In this document: one piece after another, positions 12,435 through 24,631 of the stretch
How positions within the stretch are numbered: the first letter of the stretch is position 1
How the letters are laid out: every line of letters begins with the position of its first letter
NCBI GenBank assembly: GCA_964187785.1
Contig: OZ076409.1
Coordinates: 37,884,001 to 37,948,000, forward strand
Direction: 5' to 3'
DNA from: Amphiscolops sp. MND2022
Lineage: Eukaryota
DNA: 64,000 nt
Position numbers and translations under genes: made by a program
The notes under the pieces: model-generated
What the model was told of the DNA's origin: nothing
Seen by the model: the letters and a program-made list of their open reading frames with translations, nothing else
Database searches by the model: none

Positions 12435-13499
12435 TTTACCGCGTTAGAAATCTTCCGGAAGTGATTTGAAAATTGAATGAAGCGTGCTTTCACGTGTTTA
12501 TTTGTTGGAAACAGGAAGCGTTATGTGAACGATGTTTGGCCCTGATCAAGCTAAACTTGTTCAAAAAATGAGGAAATCAGACCAACCTGGATTAGAAGAC
12601 ATGTTTTGTGGTGATGTCCGTACGGCAACAGTCCAACGTGGGATGATAGAAGCGTAGGAAGTTGGTCGAACTCGGCTAGAGATGAAGGGAAGTTGGAGAG
12701 GATCCGACGGGAGATGGCTACTGATGGCAGTGAAAGCAGGAGCGATAGTATATCGTTATCGAAGACTCGGATGGAAGGATAATACAAATATAACAATTAC
12801 GAGAGTAAAAGGAATTGGAATATGTTAATAACCAAGGAGATTGAAAATTGGAGTTCGTGGCTGAAGAAGATTACCAGACTAATATTATATGATTATCTAC
12901 ATATTTAAATTGTACATGGGGTCTGCCAGCGAAATGTACAGAAAACATTCATTATTTACAGCTTGCTTAGTTAGAGGCCGATCATGGCCGTTTGCTTTAT
13001 TTTGTTTTACCGGTTTGTTCCTTCTTCCCAGTTATTTTTATTTAGAACTTACGCCATTTTGAGTTACTTTAGTTATTATTTTCGCCATTTTTATTTGTTC
13101 ATTTTTCATTTTATCAATGGATAACTCTGATTGGCTGAAGCCATTTTGGAGAGACTCAGTAACGTAAGCCGTTAATCACCGGCAAACAACCCGTTAATTA
13201 CCCACTTGAAGTGAAGTTGTTTGTTGATAACAACTTGAAGATGCTTCTCTCACAAACTTGAGAAATGATATTAAGGGGGCTTACCACCTACAACTCAAAG
13301 AAGCGATGCAGCTAAAAAATTCCATTCAGAAAAGTTTACGACGACTCGGGACGATTAACCTGAGGATCTACCGCCGAGTAGAAAACCCGGGAAAATGTCC
13401 TAACTCGGCATATGACGGAATTTAGGTAGATTCACTCTGTCTTAAATTATTCAGCAATCAGTCGCCTTACCAGCTTCGAAAATCGCCAAAAAACTCATA

Positions 13500-14282
13500 A
13501 TGAGCAAGTTTAACCTCTCAAGAAAATTGTTTGACTTTGAAGAGTACGATTCTGATAACTCTGATAAATCAGTAATCTACATATCCAGTAGTGAAGATGA
13601 GTCCTTGGACTGGGAAACCGATTGTTCGACAGACACCGAGCAACTGATAGCCCGGATTGAAAGAGAAGTAACTTCCAGCCCGATGCTAATCGGGGGCAGG
13701 GTAATGACCATGGATGAACCCGAAGACGAGGCGAGAGCTGTGCCAAGTACGTCTCAAATGGAAGAAGGGGTGACACCGAAACTAGGCCTTAAATACTTCG
13801 ATAGAGAATTGTGCTATGCCCCGCCAAGGAAATTTGAGAAGAAGCGCATAGAGCTCTGTAACACGATAATGCACGTCTTGGAATCACCTATGTCCCCCCC
13901 AGAGCACGAAAGGGGCCCAAGTGTAGACACCCCCCTTCTCCAGCCAACTTCGAGTAACTTTCATGCGTCCTACCATGTGCAGAATTCAGTACCCTACCAA
14001 AATGTCAGCGAGGTACGTTAAACTGGATGCATGGTTTGCGGCCGCTCGGTGGACTCGATCAAGGACGAAAGGGTGAAATGGTATATGCAACGATCAACAC
14101 CGAGAGACGAACCTGGATATATCACGAGACTCAGAAAGGAAGCATATGAAAACGGACTTAATGCTGGCTGTTTTCTTTTTATCACACCCGCAGAGTCGCA
14201 GGCTGCCGCCTGTGACGGTACGACAGTGACTACATCGGCAAACGGGCAGGAGTTTGTACCCGGAACACTACCTATCTATTGA
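13500..14282 (+). pseudogene. Extra sense ORF of the Gypsy element (about 260 codons, one in-frame TAA at 14019-14021), unknown function
   Basis: ORFs 13500-14021 and 14031-14282 share a frame. Acidic N-terminus; CMVC motif just after the stop. Confidence 0.5.
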
Positions 14283-14314
14283 TCAGGTTAAAATACAGAG
14301 CTTAAAACTTTCAC

Positions 14315-16046
14315 GCCATTTTGTTATTCAATACATATTATGTTTGGTAATGTTGCTAGCCTTAATATATACTTGTACATGTAAAATTAGTCTGTTAAAA
14401 GTTACATTTGAAGGTCCAAATAATGTAATTGTGGCTTTAAAGGTTGAAAGGTGCTTTGCAACTATAAAAGTAATACGTGGCAATATAGCTGTACAACATA
14501 AAGGAAACGAGTTCAAGTGAGCGAAACTCTTAATCCGGAGACGTCACTTGAACTCAACACATTAGCCAATCACATCACTTCCCTTTGCTATATTAGTACT
14601 GCTTTGATTGTATAGTGGCCGAGTATGGCCAACTGACTCAATATATACACTGCCCTACGCGCTTTGGTCAAATGGCCGGTTCCGGCCACATAGATGAAAT
14701 GAATTGTATACTCATGTAATTAACCATACTAATCGGAAACTGCTGTAAATGTACCCTTAAGGATGAATGAAAGCTTCCATACCAATCAGTGCACCTAATA
14801 TACCTAGTGTTAAATTAAAGGCCAAATAAGGCTTTTGCCCTCCCTTATTATGATGCTAGATTTATAAATCGGATTTGTCCATTTTCGGCCTTGGTAAAAG
14901 GCGTGTTACTTTGATAGTGTAGTATTGTTTTAAACAAGCCGAACATGTAATATTTGATCTTGTTTCAATCTATGTTAAATGATGAACACGTGGCAACGCG
15001 TGTCAAAAGGGATGCCTTTTGCATTCCTTCAGTGAGTATTGATGTTTGTTGACAAAATAATAGTGATGATGTTTTCATAAAACAATACTTAAAGGTTCAG
15101 CTTGTATACTTATCGATGCGTTATTTATTTGATGTTGAATTCCTTGGAATTACCTGAATGTCAGGAATTTACCCGGTTGAGGCTTCAAACAAATATGTGC
15201 TTTGAAGTGTTGGTTACTTTACTAGTAATAATGATGATGTTTATCCCGTGACCTGTTAAGGCCACGATCATGTAATATTTGTCTTGATCAAAGAATCCGT
15301 GGAATGTGACTGTCACCTTTCGAGAGTATATATACCCATGTGTCGAGAGGAAAGGTCATAATTTCCACATCCTTGCTTTGATAAAGATTGAATTGACATA
15401 GCGATTCCTAACTAGTTTTCTGGTTTAAATAATTGAATTATTTGACCCAGTCCTGTCTTATTGCCTACTACAAGAAAACAAAAGAAAGCGAGGAAATCTA
15501 GAGGAATAGAGATGCTCTCAGATATTGAAAACTTAGATATTATGCTTGGCGAAAACCACTATGACAGAAATGAAAAGGAAGAAAACATCATTAGTAATCA
15601 GGCTAGGAGACCGAGAAGTCTCTCAAGAGACGAGTTTGAAAACAATGACGAGAATAATTACTTAGAAACGGGTAGTTTGGGTCCCAGTACAAGTGCCAAT
15701 CATGGCCAAAACTCGTCAGGAGGCAATTCAAGTGCTGAGATCAATAGATTGTCCAGTGAGTTGAATTCGAGGCTATCTAGAGAACTTGATGATATGATGA
15801 GTAGTGTTAATACCCAGATCCAGAGAGCAATCAACGACGCGATCAGCGGTCAAATTATACCACAAATCCAATCTGCCTTAAGTGCCGGATCTGGACAGTC
15901 GACACTAAATAAATGGAACATTCCGTCCGAGAGACCTGAAGCGAATTCCGAAGAAACCTATAGTAAGAAAGCCAAGAAGAGCAATAGAAGTGAACAACGC
16001 TTTGATTGCCAAAACGGCAGTCAGCCTAACTTGCGTGCTTACGACA
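14315..16046 (+). repeat. 3' LTR of the Gypsy element (minimum extent; true start is further left and not determined)
   Basis: Copy of 1-1731 ending ACGACA, then unrelated flank GTTTTG. Contains the truncated gag N-terminal ORF 15461-16096. Confidence 0.88.
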
Positions 16047-16829
16047 GTTTTGTTCAAATGCTGTTGCTTTTCTCAGCACTGGTATTTCTGTATTGAGCAA
16101 AAAAATCTCATTTGTAAGACCCATGGTAAGTTCACTGGTTGTAGGAAGTTGGAAGTCTATTTTTTCGGGTAGTTCGTTACCTGGAGTAATTTTCTAAACC
16201 TGGAGTTGCTGGGACCTTTTGGGATTTTTCAACATCCATTCTGTCCATTTCAAATATCAAAAAATTGAAGGGGGACCTTTTGGTGAAAACTTTTTCCGAA
16301 AAAAAGTCTCACAGAGCCTAAAATACTCTAAGGGAGTACTCTTTGGCCCCGTTGAGTTTCTTAGATGATGTAAAAATACTACTTCCTAAGCTAAGGAGGA
16401 ATCGTAGAAAATTTTAAGATTGTAAGAATTGTAAGAAAAGTGGACCATTCAGAGTGAGATTGTAGGCTGAAAAAGAAAACAAGACGGGAACGTCCCTAGT
16501 CGGCGCCAAATCTAAGGCCCAAAAATATTCAAGGAACAACTATTGGAAACATTTGGAAAAAAATATTTTTTTTTCAAAAAAAAGTTTTTGGAAAAAATTA
16601 ATTTTCTTTCAAAAAAAGTATTTTCTAGAAAAAGTCACACAATGCCTAAAAACTCAAAAAGAGGCCATGCAGGCTCATTAAACGTTTTTACAAACCGAAA
16701 ACTTCAAAAAATGCAAGGGGGTACCCTTTGATAGAATTCGAAATTATTTCGAAAAAAAGTCGCATAGTGCCGAAAAAACCCAAGGGGGGCTTTGGTTTCG
16801 CTCCTACTTTTGGAAGCATAAAAAATTTG

Positions 16830-16872
16830 TGGTTCAGTGCGAGAATCGAACCCACGATCTCCTGCTTCTCAG
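16830..16872 (-). other. tRNA-like 3' half (T-arm/B-box remnant), probably part of an interspersed repeat
   Basis: Minus strand GTGGGTTCGATTCTCGCACTGAACCA forms a T-stem/loop and ends in CCA. No 5' half is visible. Confidence 0.4.
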
Positions 16873-17027
16873 AAAATTAGTTGAACAAATGAACAAAAGA
16901 TTGTAAAAAAGTGGACCATTCAGAGTGAGATTGTCAGCTGAAAAAAAATTACCCACTGTAATAGTCGGGCTTTTATCCTTAAGGGAAAAGACGCCGACTA
17001 AAAAAAATTCCAATACTAGTGTGGCCC

Positions 17028-17277
17028 TGTTCAATGTCATTTGAACTAAATTGAATCTAAAAAAAAACTTGTTCATGCATCTCAAAGTTGCTAAGTCTCA
17101 AATAATTTGTTCTGAACTATTCTGCCGCCGTTTTAATGTTTGTTCACAAGTTGGTCTGAATTAATCTTTGAAACACGTTCTAGTTGAAGTTTGACTTCCA
17201 CCCAAGCTTTGAGCTATCTAGCTATAGCACAAGTTAACAATTTAGCAGAGCTGTCTCGCCACAGCATACTACAAACA
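17028..17277 (+). repeat. BEL 5' LTR
   Basis: TGTTCAATG...CTACAAACA; I count 4 mismatches against 23227-23476. Confidence 0.95.
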
Positions 17278-17279
17278 TT

Positions 17280-17290
17280 TGGTGACCCGA
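17280..17290 (+). promoter_or_regulatory. BEL primer-binding site
   Basis: TGGTGACCCGA starts 2 nt after the LTR. The first 9 nt match the complement of a tRNA-Trp-type 3' end (tentative). Confidence 0.7.
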
Positions 17291-17327
17291 AAGGACATTT
17301 TTCATCAAAACTGGTTAGATCGTTTCC

Positions 17328-17918
17328 ATGGTACGAAAAAACATCTACCTGGACAACCATTCTGAAAACCTTATCTTGTCAGATTCGTTATTGAAAGAAT
17401 TTAAAACTCAATCATTTGACATTTTATCAGTACCTGGCGCACGACCGGAGGATTTCTACTCGTTTTTACCTCCGTTTTCGAGATTTACTCGCATTGTACT
17501 TTTTGTTGGCGGTAACACTTTAGAGGATTTTACTACCAAAGGTGGTCTTTTCCGCCCTCGAAAAGATCCCATTGTTGTTGCACTTGAAATAGTTGACTTA
17601 GCCTACACCCTCTCGTTACGATCAGACAGTGTTTTCGTTGTAGGCATTCCCCCACGTGGTTATAGTTGTTTACAATCGAAAGTATTTTCATTGAATCGAT
17701 ATTTATCGCACTTTTTAGCAAATACAAGTATTACTTTTGTTGGTATTTCTCATTACCTTTATGATTTGAGTTACATTTCTGCCGATTTGTGTCATTTTCT
17801 CCCCAGAGCGTTTGCGAAAATCCATAAACTCTTGAACAGAAAAGTTTTGAAAGAAAAGTTTCACCCATCGAAAGCAAAGAAAGGCAAGATTATTAAATCT
17901 TGCAGCTATCCCTTTTAA
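17328..17918 (+). CDS. SGNH/GDSL hydrolase (esterase)-like accessory ORF upstream of BEL gag
   Basis: Intact 196-aa ATG ORF with SGNH blocks in order: LILSDSLL (I), VPGA (II), VLFVGGNT (III), GIPPR, and ADLCH (V, DxxH). Confidence 0.78.
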   Translation: MVRKNIYLDNHSENLILSDSLLKEFKTQSFDILSVPGARPEDFYSFLPPFSRFTRIVLFVGGNTLEDFTTKGGLFRPRKDPIVVALEIVDLAYTLSLRSDSVFVVGIPPRGYSCLQSKVFSLNRYLSHFLANTSITFVGISHYLYDLSYISADLCHFLPRAFAKIHKLLNRKVLKEKFHPSKAKKGKIIKSCSYPF

Positions 17919-17945
17919 AGTTAGTTTCTTATTCGCCTACGCCTG

Positions 17946-18037
17946 CCTGCCTGAAAGGGGCTGTGCAGCAATCTTTTGCGGTAACCTGCCTGAAAGGGGC
18001 TGTGTTGCTGTTTTATTTGCCTGCCTGAAAGGGGCTG
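17946..18037 (+). repeat. Three exact copies of CCTGCCTGAAAGGGGCTG in the BEL leader
   Basis: Copies at 17946, 17985 and 18020. Confidence 0.9.
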
Positions 18038-18069
18038 AGCAATTTCAACAAATACTCGAATAGTGAGAC

Positions 18070-21000
18070 ATGACAGACACCGAGAGTGTTGAAAAACTAA
18101 AACGAGCTAAAGCCTCGCGAAAGGTTCATGTTGCGATAATTACTCGCAAACAAGCCACTTTTGAGCAAAGTGCTTGCAAGACAACCCTGGAATTAACAGA
18201 CGAGGATCGAAACACATCTGAAACTCTTCTAGCGTCCCTCTCCGATAAAAACAAAGTTGTTGATAGCCTTAATCTTGAAATCCTCGATTTAACTGAAAAT
18301 ACAGATGACCAAATGGAAGCTGAAATTGTTCACCAAGACGAAATAGACATGAAATTGAAAAGTCTCATTCGTAAAATTGAATCGTGGTTGAGTGCCAAAT
18401 TTACAGTACAAGAGAGTCCTCCTGAAGACTCGCTGTCGTCAGTCTCCTCTCATCGTGAGAAGAATATACGTCTTCCCCGGATAGAATTGCCAACTTTCGA
18501 TGGTGCCTACAAGGATTGGTTACCATTTTATGACATGTTCAAGGGCACCGTTGACAATCATGCATCACTACCTGCAGTGCAAAAGCTATATTACTTGAAA
18601 GGAGCCTTACGTGGAGAGGCCAAGAACTTACTAGCACATCTTCCCACAACTGACGCTAACTATTCAGTGGCATTGAATCTCCTCCAAGGACGTTACGAGA
18701 ATCAGTCTATGATAACTAAAGCTCATTTGAACAATATATTTAAGATTGGAGCTGTCAAACCTGATCACCCTGAAAGCCTTAGAAAACTGCTAAATTCGTT
18801 TACCGAGAACGAGATGGCGCTGAAGGCACTTGGCCTCGGCTCGACAGAATGTGATTTTCTGTGGATTCATATTTTATCGGAAAAATTGGATACAGTGTCA
18901 GCGCGTGAACGGCAATTGAGTTACAAAGTTGGCAAAGTGAAGACTTTACAGGAATTTCGCCAATTTATTGATCAACGTGCAACCGCCCTCGAAGCGGTTC
19001 AGAAGCTGCAATCTACAAGCGTTTCCCCGAAAGAAAGACCAAAAGAGACCAGCAACGGACAGAGTTATGCAACTACTTCAAAAGAATGTCCTGTTTGCAA
19101 GCAATCTCATCGCATCTACCTTTGTCCTAAGTTCACTTCCTCTGAGGTCTCTGTCCGGCGTGAAACAGCCAAAGAATTGCGCCTTTGCTTCAATTGCCTC
19201 CGCCACGGTCACGCAATCCGGAATTGTTCATCGAAAACAGTCTGCCGCACATGTGGTCAGAAACATCACACACTATTACATGACTCGAGTTTGAAAATAC
19301 CTCGTCGCAGTGATACTTCAGAGTTTGCTGGTCATCAGAAAGACACCACCAAGCACACCCCATGCACCATGCTTTCGACAGCTATGTTATCCATTAGAGA
19401 TAGTTTCGGCAAGCTTGTTTCATGTCGCGCCTTACTCGATAGTGACTCGCAGATGAGTTTCATAACACATACAATGGTTGAGAAGTTGAAGTTAAACAAA
19501 GAGAGAACCCAATTGAGTCTCAGTGGAGTTGGTGGCATAACCACAAATAAATGTACATCCCGCACAACACTGGACCTTGCCACGGATCAGAGGACCATCG
19601 AGGTCAAAGCCTATGTCCTGAAAACAATAACAGGTTGCATTCCTAGTAGACCATTAGATATTTCGAGATTACCCTCCTTGAAGCAATACTACTTGGCTGA
19701 TCCGAATTTCAATACTTCTGCTCCTGTCGATCTCTTACTTGGTGCTGACATCTTCGAAAAATTGATTATGAATCAACGGGAGGAGATAACCCCGGGTCTT
19801 TTCCTGCGCAAAACTATTTTCGGCTCAGTCTTTGTTGGCCAACAAGAGTCGCAGACATCGACGGTGGTCGTGAATTGTCATTTGTCGTTAGAAGAATCTG
19901 TCAGAAAATTCTGGGAGATTGAAAACTTTTCATCGCAAACGTTTCAAACCAAAGAAGAAATCGAATGTGAGGTTCATTTCCAAGAAACTACTAGAATTGA
20001 AAATGATCGTTTTGTTGTAAAATTACCCTTCAAAAAGCATTCTTCTCTTGGTGAAAGCCTGCCTCAAGCCAAGCGACGCTTCGAATCACTTGAGCGGCGT
20101 TTAGACCAAAATCCTGAATTGAAAGAAAGGTACACAAGTTTCATTGATGAACTTCTTTGCCTTAAACATATGGAAGAAGTACCGGAAAATGAAATTGTGA
20201 AATCATCATCAGAATGTATTATCTACCGCATCACTGTGTACTCAAGGAAAGTTCAACAACTACCAAACTTCGTGTTGTCTTCGACGGTTCAGCAAAAACC
20301 AGCAATGGATGCTCGTTAAACGACAACCTGCTGGTTGGTCCTGTTGTTCAAGATAATTTAATAGCCATCTTGACACGCTTTCGGTTCAATGTTGTTGCAT
20401 TATCAGCAGACATAGCTAAAATGTATCGACAAGTAGTTCTAGATAATCCGGAGAAAGACTTCCATAGAATTCTCTGGCGTGAAAGTAAAGATGGACCACT
20501 TCGCCACTTGCGAATGAAACGCGTGACATACGGAATAGCCTCTTCGGCTTTTCATTCTACCCGATGTTTAAAAGAGATAGCGAACCGCACAGAAAACTCA
20601 ATTGTTAGAGATTGTTTGAATAGATGCTTCTACGTCGACGATTTTCTTGGCGGAGCTCCAACAATTGATGAAGCGAAATCTTTGTTAGACAATCTTGTTA
20701 AAAAACTTCGACGTTATGGCTTCGATTTGAGAAAATGGGCGTCAAGTCATACTGAACTAATCTCTGAGCTGCCTGTCGAAATGAGAGAAAATGCTGACTC
20801 ACTGGAACTGTTTTCGGATGAATACAGAATCAAAGCTCTCGGTATTTCCTGGCATCCCAATACGGATATGTTTTTTTTCAAAGTAGATCTGGAGGAAATC
20901 ACGGAACCAACAAAACGAGCTCTTTTGTCAGACTCGTCAAAAATATTCGATCCTATGGGTTGGGTATCGCCTGTAATCATTCTTTTCAAAAGTCTTGTTC

Positions 21001-23170
21001 AGCGCACATGGGTGCAAGATTTGTCATGGGATGACAAACTTCCCGATGACCTGGTTGAGCAGTGGTACAGAATACGTAAGGAACTGGAGTATCTTAACCC
21101 GATAAAAATTCCTCGTTGCGTTCGGCCTCCAAAAACAACCGCACTTGAGCTCCATGTCTTCTGTGATGCCTCAGAGATGGCTTATGCGTCAGTGGTCTAC
21201 ATAAGAGCTCGGGGTCCAACAGGTTTTTCTTGTAAACTTTTGACTTCTAAGACCAAGGTTGCCCCTGTGAAAGCTTTGCCCATGCCTCGTCTTGAGTTGT
21301 GCGCTGCGACTCTGGGAGCCAATCTTACAAATTCTCTTCGTCAAACACTTGAAGTGTCTTTAGTAACTGCTTGGACCGACCCTACAATCGTTCTTAATTG
21401 GCTTTCCAAGCTTCCCCGCACTTGGAATACGTTTGTTGCAAACAGAGTTGCAACTGTGCAGGAAGAAATTCCACGCAATCAGTGGAAGTACGTTCCAAGC
21501 AAGGATAATCCTGCTGACATGGCTTCACGTGGATTATTAGCCTCCGAGATCTTGAAAATGCGCTTTGGTGGAATGGACCGGAGTGGTTGTCAGCTGATGA
21601 CGCTGAATGGCCTCTGACGCCCTCGACTGAAGAGACACTTCTAGAGAAACGATTGAATAAAAGCATATGCACCGTTGTTACACATATTCTGCCGTTGAAT
21701 ATTGAAAAATTCTCTTCTTTGCAGAAATTATTTCGAGTTTTCAGCTACGTTCTAAGGTTCATTGCGCAAGTGAAAGTGCGGTGCGGTTTTTAAATTCAAT
21801 CTTCCGGACAAGTATCAGATAGCTTAACTGCTATTGAACTTAGAGAAGCCTCTTATCGATTAGTGTCTTATGAACAACAAAAGCTATTGAATGAAGAATT
21901 TTCGTTACTTCAGCAGGGAGGCGAGCTTCCCAAAAACAGTCCCTACATCAGCCTATGTCCATTCTTTGACAAAGACTTCAATGTGATTCGAGTAGGTGGT
22001 CGCCTAGCGAACTCTGATAACGACTCTTTGAAAAAATTTCCTCTTCTCTTACCGAAAACCTCCTCTCTGGTTCCGCTAATCATTAGATATTTTCATGAAG
22101 CAACGCTTCATGGCGGTGATAGTATGACTCTTGCGGCTCTCCGAGAAACATATTGGATCATAGGAGTCAGAATAATGATCAGAAAAATCATCAAAAATTG
22201 TATCAAATGCTGTCGTTTTTCCCTGAAGTCAACAACGCAACAGATGGCCGATCTGCCACTTGAGCGGATAACACCATCCCGACCATTTTCGCAAAGTGGG
22301 TTAGATTTCGCAGGACCTTTGAAAGTCAAATGTTCCGGAAAAGTTTATATCGCTATTTTTGTTTGTTTGTCAACTAAAGCCGTGCATATGGAACTTGTCG
22401 GTAACTTATCAAAGGACGCTTGTATTCTTGCCTTGAAGCGTTTCTTTGCCCGAAAAGGCACACCGTCAAAAATTCTCAGTGATAATGGGACTAACTTCAT
22501 TGGGGCAAGGAATGATCTTCTCAAGTTGAAAGAAGTATTTGAATCAAAAAACAAAGATTCTGTTGTTTCCTTCGCTGAACAACGCGGACCGGAATGGGTA
22601 ACAATTCCAGCAAGAGCTCCTCATTTTGGCGGTATATGGGAAGCAGCAGTGAAAAGTATGAAACATCATCTTCGTCGTGTGGTCGGTACACAAATTCTCC
22701 ACTATGAAGAGCTTTCTACTATCTTATGTCAAATCGAAGCAGTCTTGAACTCCAGACCCTTAGTCCCGCTTTCTAGTGACCCAAATGACTTGCAAGTGAT
22801 TACACCGAATCATTTTTTAATTGGGGGATCGCCAAACGAACCCGATAGGCAAGAATCAAAAATTCCACTCAACTGCCGCTACAGACTTCTCCAGCAGATC
22901 CAAAAGGACTTCTGGAAAATGTGGAAGAAAGATTATCTGGGCTCACTTCAGATAAGGAAAAAATGGGCACAGAGTTCCGCAAATCTCAAAATTGGAGACC
23001 TAGTTCTACTGGCAGACGATGATTGTCGTGCAATGCAATGGAAAATTGGTCGAATTAAAGAAGTATATACCGGAAATGATGGACTTGTACGAGTTGTTAA
23101 AGTGAAAACTCAGCAATGTGATTTAATCCGGCCAATAGTAAAACTTCGAAAACTCCCAATCTCTTGTTGA
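18070..23170 (+). pseudogene. BEL/Pao gag-pol polyprotein, disabled by frameshifts
   Basis: Gag IRLPRIELPTFDG; three Cys/His knuckles; protease ALLDSDSQ; RT YYLPHH..KLRVVFD..YVDD; RNase H FCDAS; integrase DFAGP, SDNGTNF, WEAAVK. Frameshifts near 20215, 21555 and 21790. Confidence 0.93.
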
Positions 23171-23212
23171 CTTTAACGCGCCCTCACTTATAATTTTCTT
23201 AATCATACTGAT

Positions 23213-23226
23213 CAAGGGGTGCGGTA
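23213..23226 (+). promoter_or_regulatory. BEL polypurine tract (imperfect)
   Basis: CAAGGGGTGCGGTA immediately precedes the 3' LTR. Confidence 0.6.
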
Positions 23227-23476
23227 TGTTGAATGTCATTTGAACTAAATTGAATCTAAAAAAAAACTTGTTCATGCATCTCAAAGTTGCTAAGTCTCAA
23301 ATAATTCGTTCTAAACTATTCTGCCGCCGTTTTAATGTTTGTTCATAAGTTGGTCTGAATTAATCTTTGAAACACGTTCTAGTTGAAGTTTGACTTCCAC
23401 CCAAGCTTTGAGCTATCTAGCTATAGCACAAGTTAACAATTTAGCAGAGCTGTCTCGCCACAGCATACTACAAACA
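23227..23476 (+). repeat. BEL 3' LTR
   Basis: TGTTGAATG...CTACAAACA followed by GCCC. Confidence 0.95.
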
Positions 23477-23587
23477 GCCCAGTGGGTAATCTGACCCTAT
23501 TGTTGTTTAAAAAAGTGGGAAATGATCTCGCTCGATTGTACGATGGACCTCAGTCCAAGAATTTGTTAGAACTGGAAGGCTGAGTGA

Positions 23588-24631
23588 CCCACTGGTGGCA
23601 AAGGTACCAATTACCAGGGGCCGAACGGTACTATCTGTTCTCAATTCATGTAAAACTTGTTCCACTTTGGTGTCACTGATGTGAATTTTTGCCGATGCAC
23701 ATCGCAACGACGTACATAATCATGTCGAAGAAAACTAAACAGTGACTGCCTTCGGTCGTAAAAAGTATCTACGGCCTTTCTTCCGGGTCACCGTTGTTCC
23801 TGCGTGCTGCTGTGCATCCCTCGGAACACCGGTGACAAATAAAACTACGTTTTAAAATCCTGCTACTTATGCATTTGTCTCAACCCTGACTATTTTTCAA
23901 ATACTTATTGAAACTGGTATATCAAGCTGTTGAAAGCGGTCAATATTAAAAATAAACCCATTTTGACGCCGTTGACGCGATAAATAATGTGATTTTTGAA
24001 TTCCTGGTATAAAAATACAATGGAAACTGAAAAAATTTTTTTTTGAAAAAATTCGCAATTTTTAGAATTTTTGTAGAACTTTTGTAGAACTTTTTTATTT
24101 TTTATTTTTTATCCTGACCACGCAATGTTGAAAACACATCGAACGTACCAATACCGCTTAAGGAAACACCATCTCATCCAAAGTTCGGAAATTATGACGC
24201 GATGACGGGAAAATTCACGTTTTTAGGTTACTTCTCTCACTTCTATCTCCCAGCCTAGTATCACGAGCCTAATCATTTTTAGCATGCAAACACCTGACAT
24301 CATTTATGCCTCGCATGCAAAGTATCAGCCAATTGTATCCGCATGCTGCAGATATCGCAGCGAAAAAATACCGAAAATGGGTGAAAAACCCGATCATTTG
24401 CTCATAACATCCCGCCAAGTAATAGGATCATGTTTGACCAGCAGAACATCAGTCATACATCGGCGAGATAAGTACACATGCAAAGTTTCATAAAGATCCT
24501 ACGGTTCAATTCGAAAATCGCTGTTTTTTGCACGGGGTGAATATGGTAGTATTTAAAATATGTAAATTGAGCTCGGCAACGGGACCCTCCCCGGCCTCGC
24601 AAAACTATTGTGGGGTATATTCCCCTGACCA
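23588..24631. mobile_element. Array unit U0, short class (1044 bp)
   Basis: Starts CCCACTGGTGGCAAAGGTAC, similar to the U11 start. Right half is homologous to U11. Left boundary inferred from U11. Confidence 0.65.

Larger units (their letters stand above)
1..16046 (+). mobile_element. Ty3/Gypsy LTR retrotransposon, decayed; 5' end lies upstream of the window
   Basis: Direct repeats 1-1731 and 14315-16046, both ending in ...CTTACGACA. The first is followed by TGG (PBS). Internal order is gag-PR-RT-RNaseH-IN. Confidence 0.93.
17028..23476 (+). mobile_element. BEL/Pao LTR retrotransposon, full length, frameshifted
   Basis: 250-bp TG..CA LTRs, PBS, PPT and GCCC on both flanks (17024-17027, 23477-23480), plus BEL-type gag-pol. 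Confidence 0.95.

Noticed and set aside
12440..14314. Exact start and PPT of the Gypsy 3' LTR
   Set aside because: There are several weak purine-run plus TG candidates (about 12510-12530 and 12801-12825), but none can be verified because the 5' LTR start is outside the window.
16830..16872. Functional tRNA gene
   Set aside because: Only a T-arm and 3' end are present; there is no D-arm or matching acceptor 5' strand.
23477..23492. GCCCAGTGGGTAAT at the BEL insertion site resembles the unit start CCCAGTGGAGGTAAT
   Set aside because: The match is short and the following 100 bp do not align to any unit. Homology with U11 places the first unit start at 23588.
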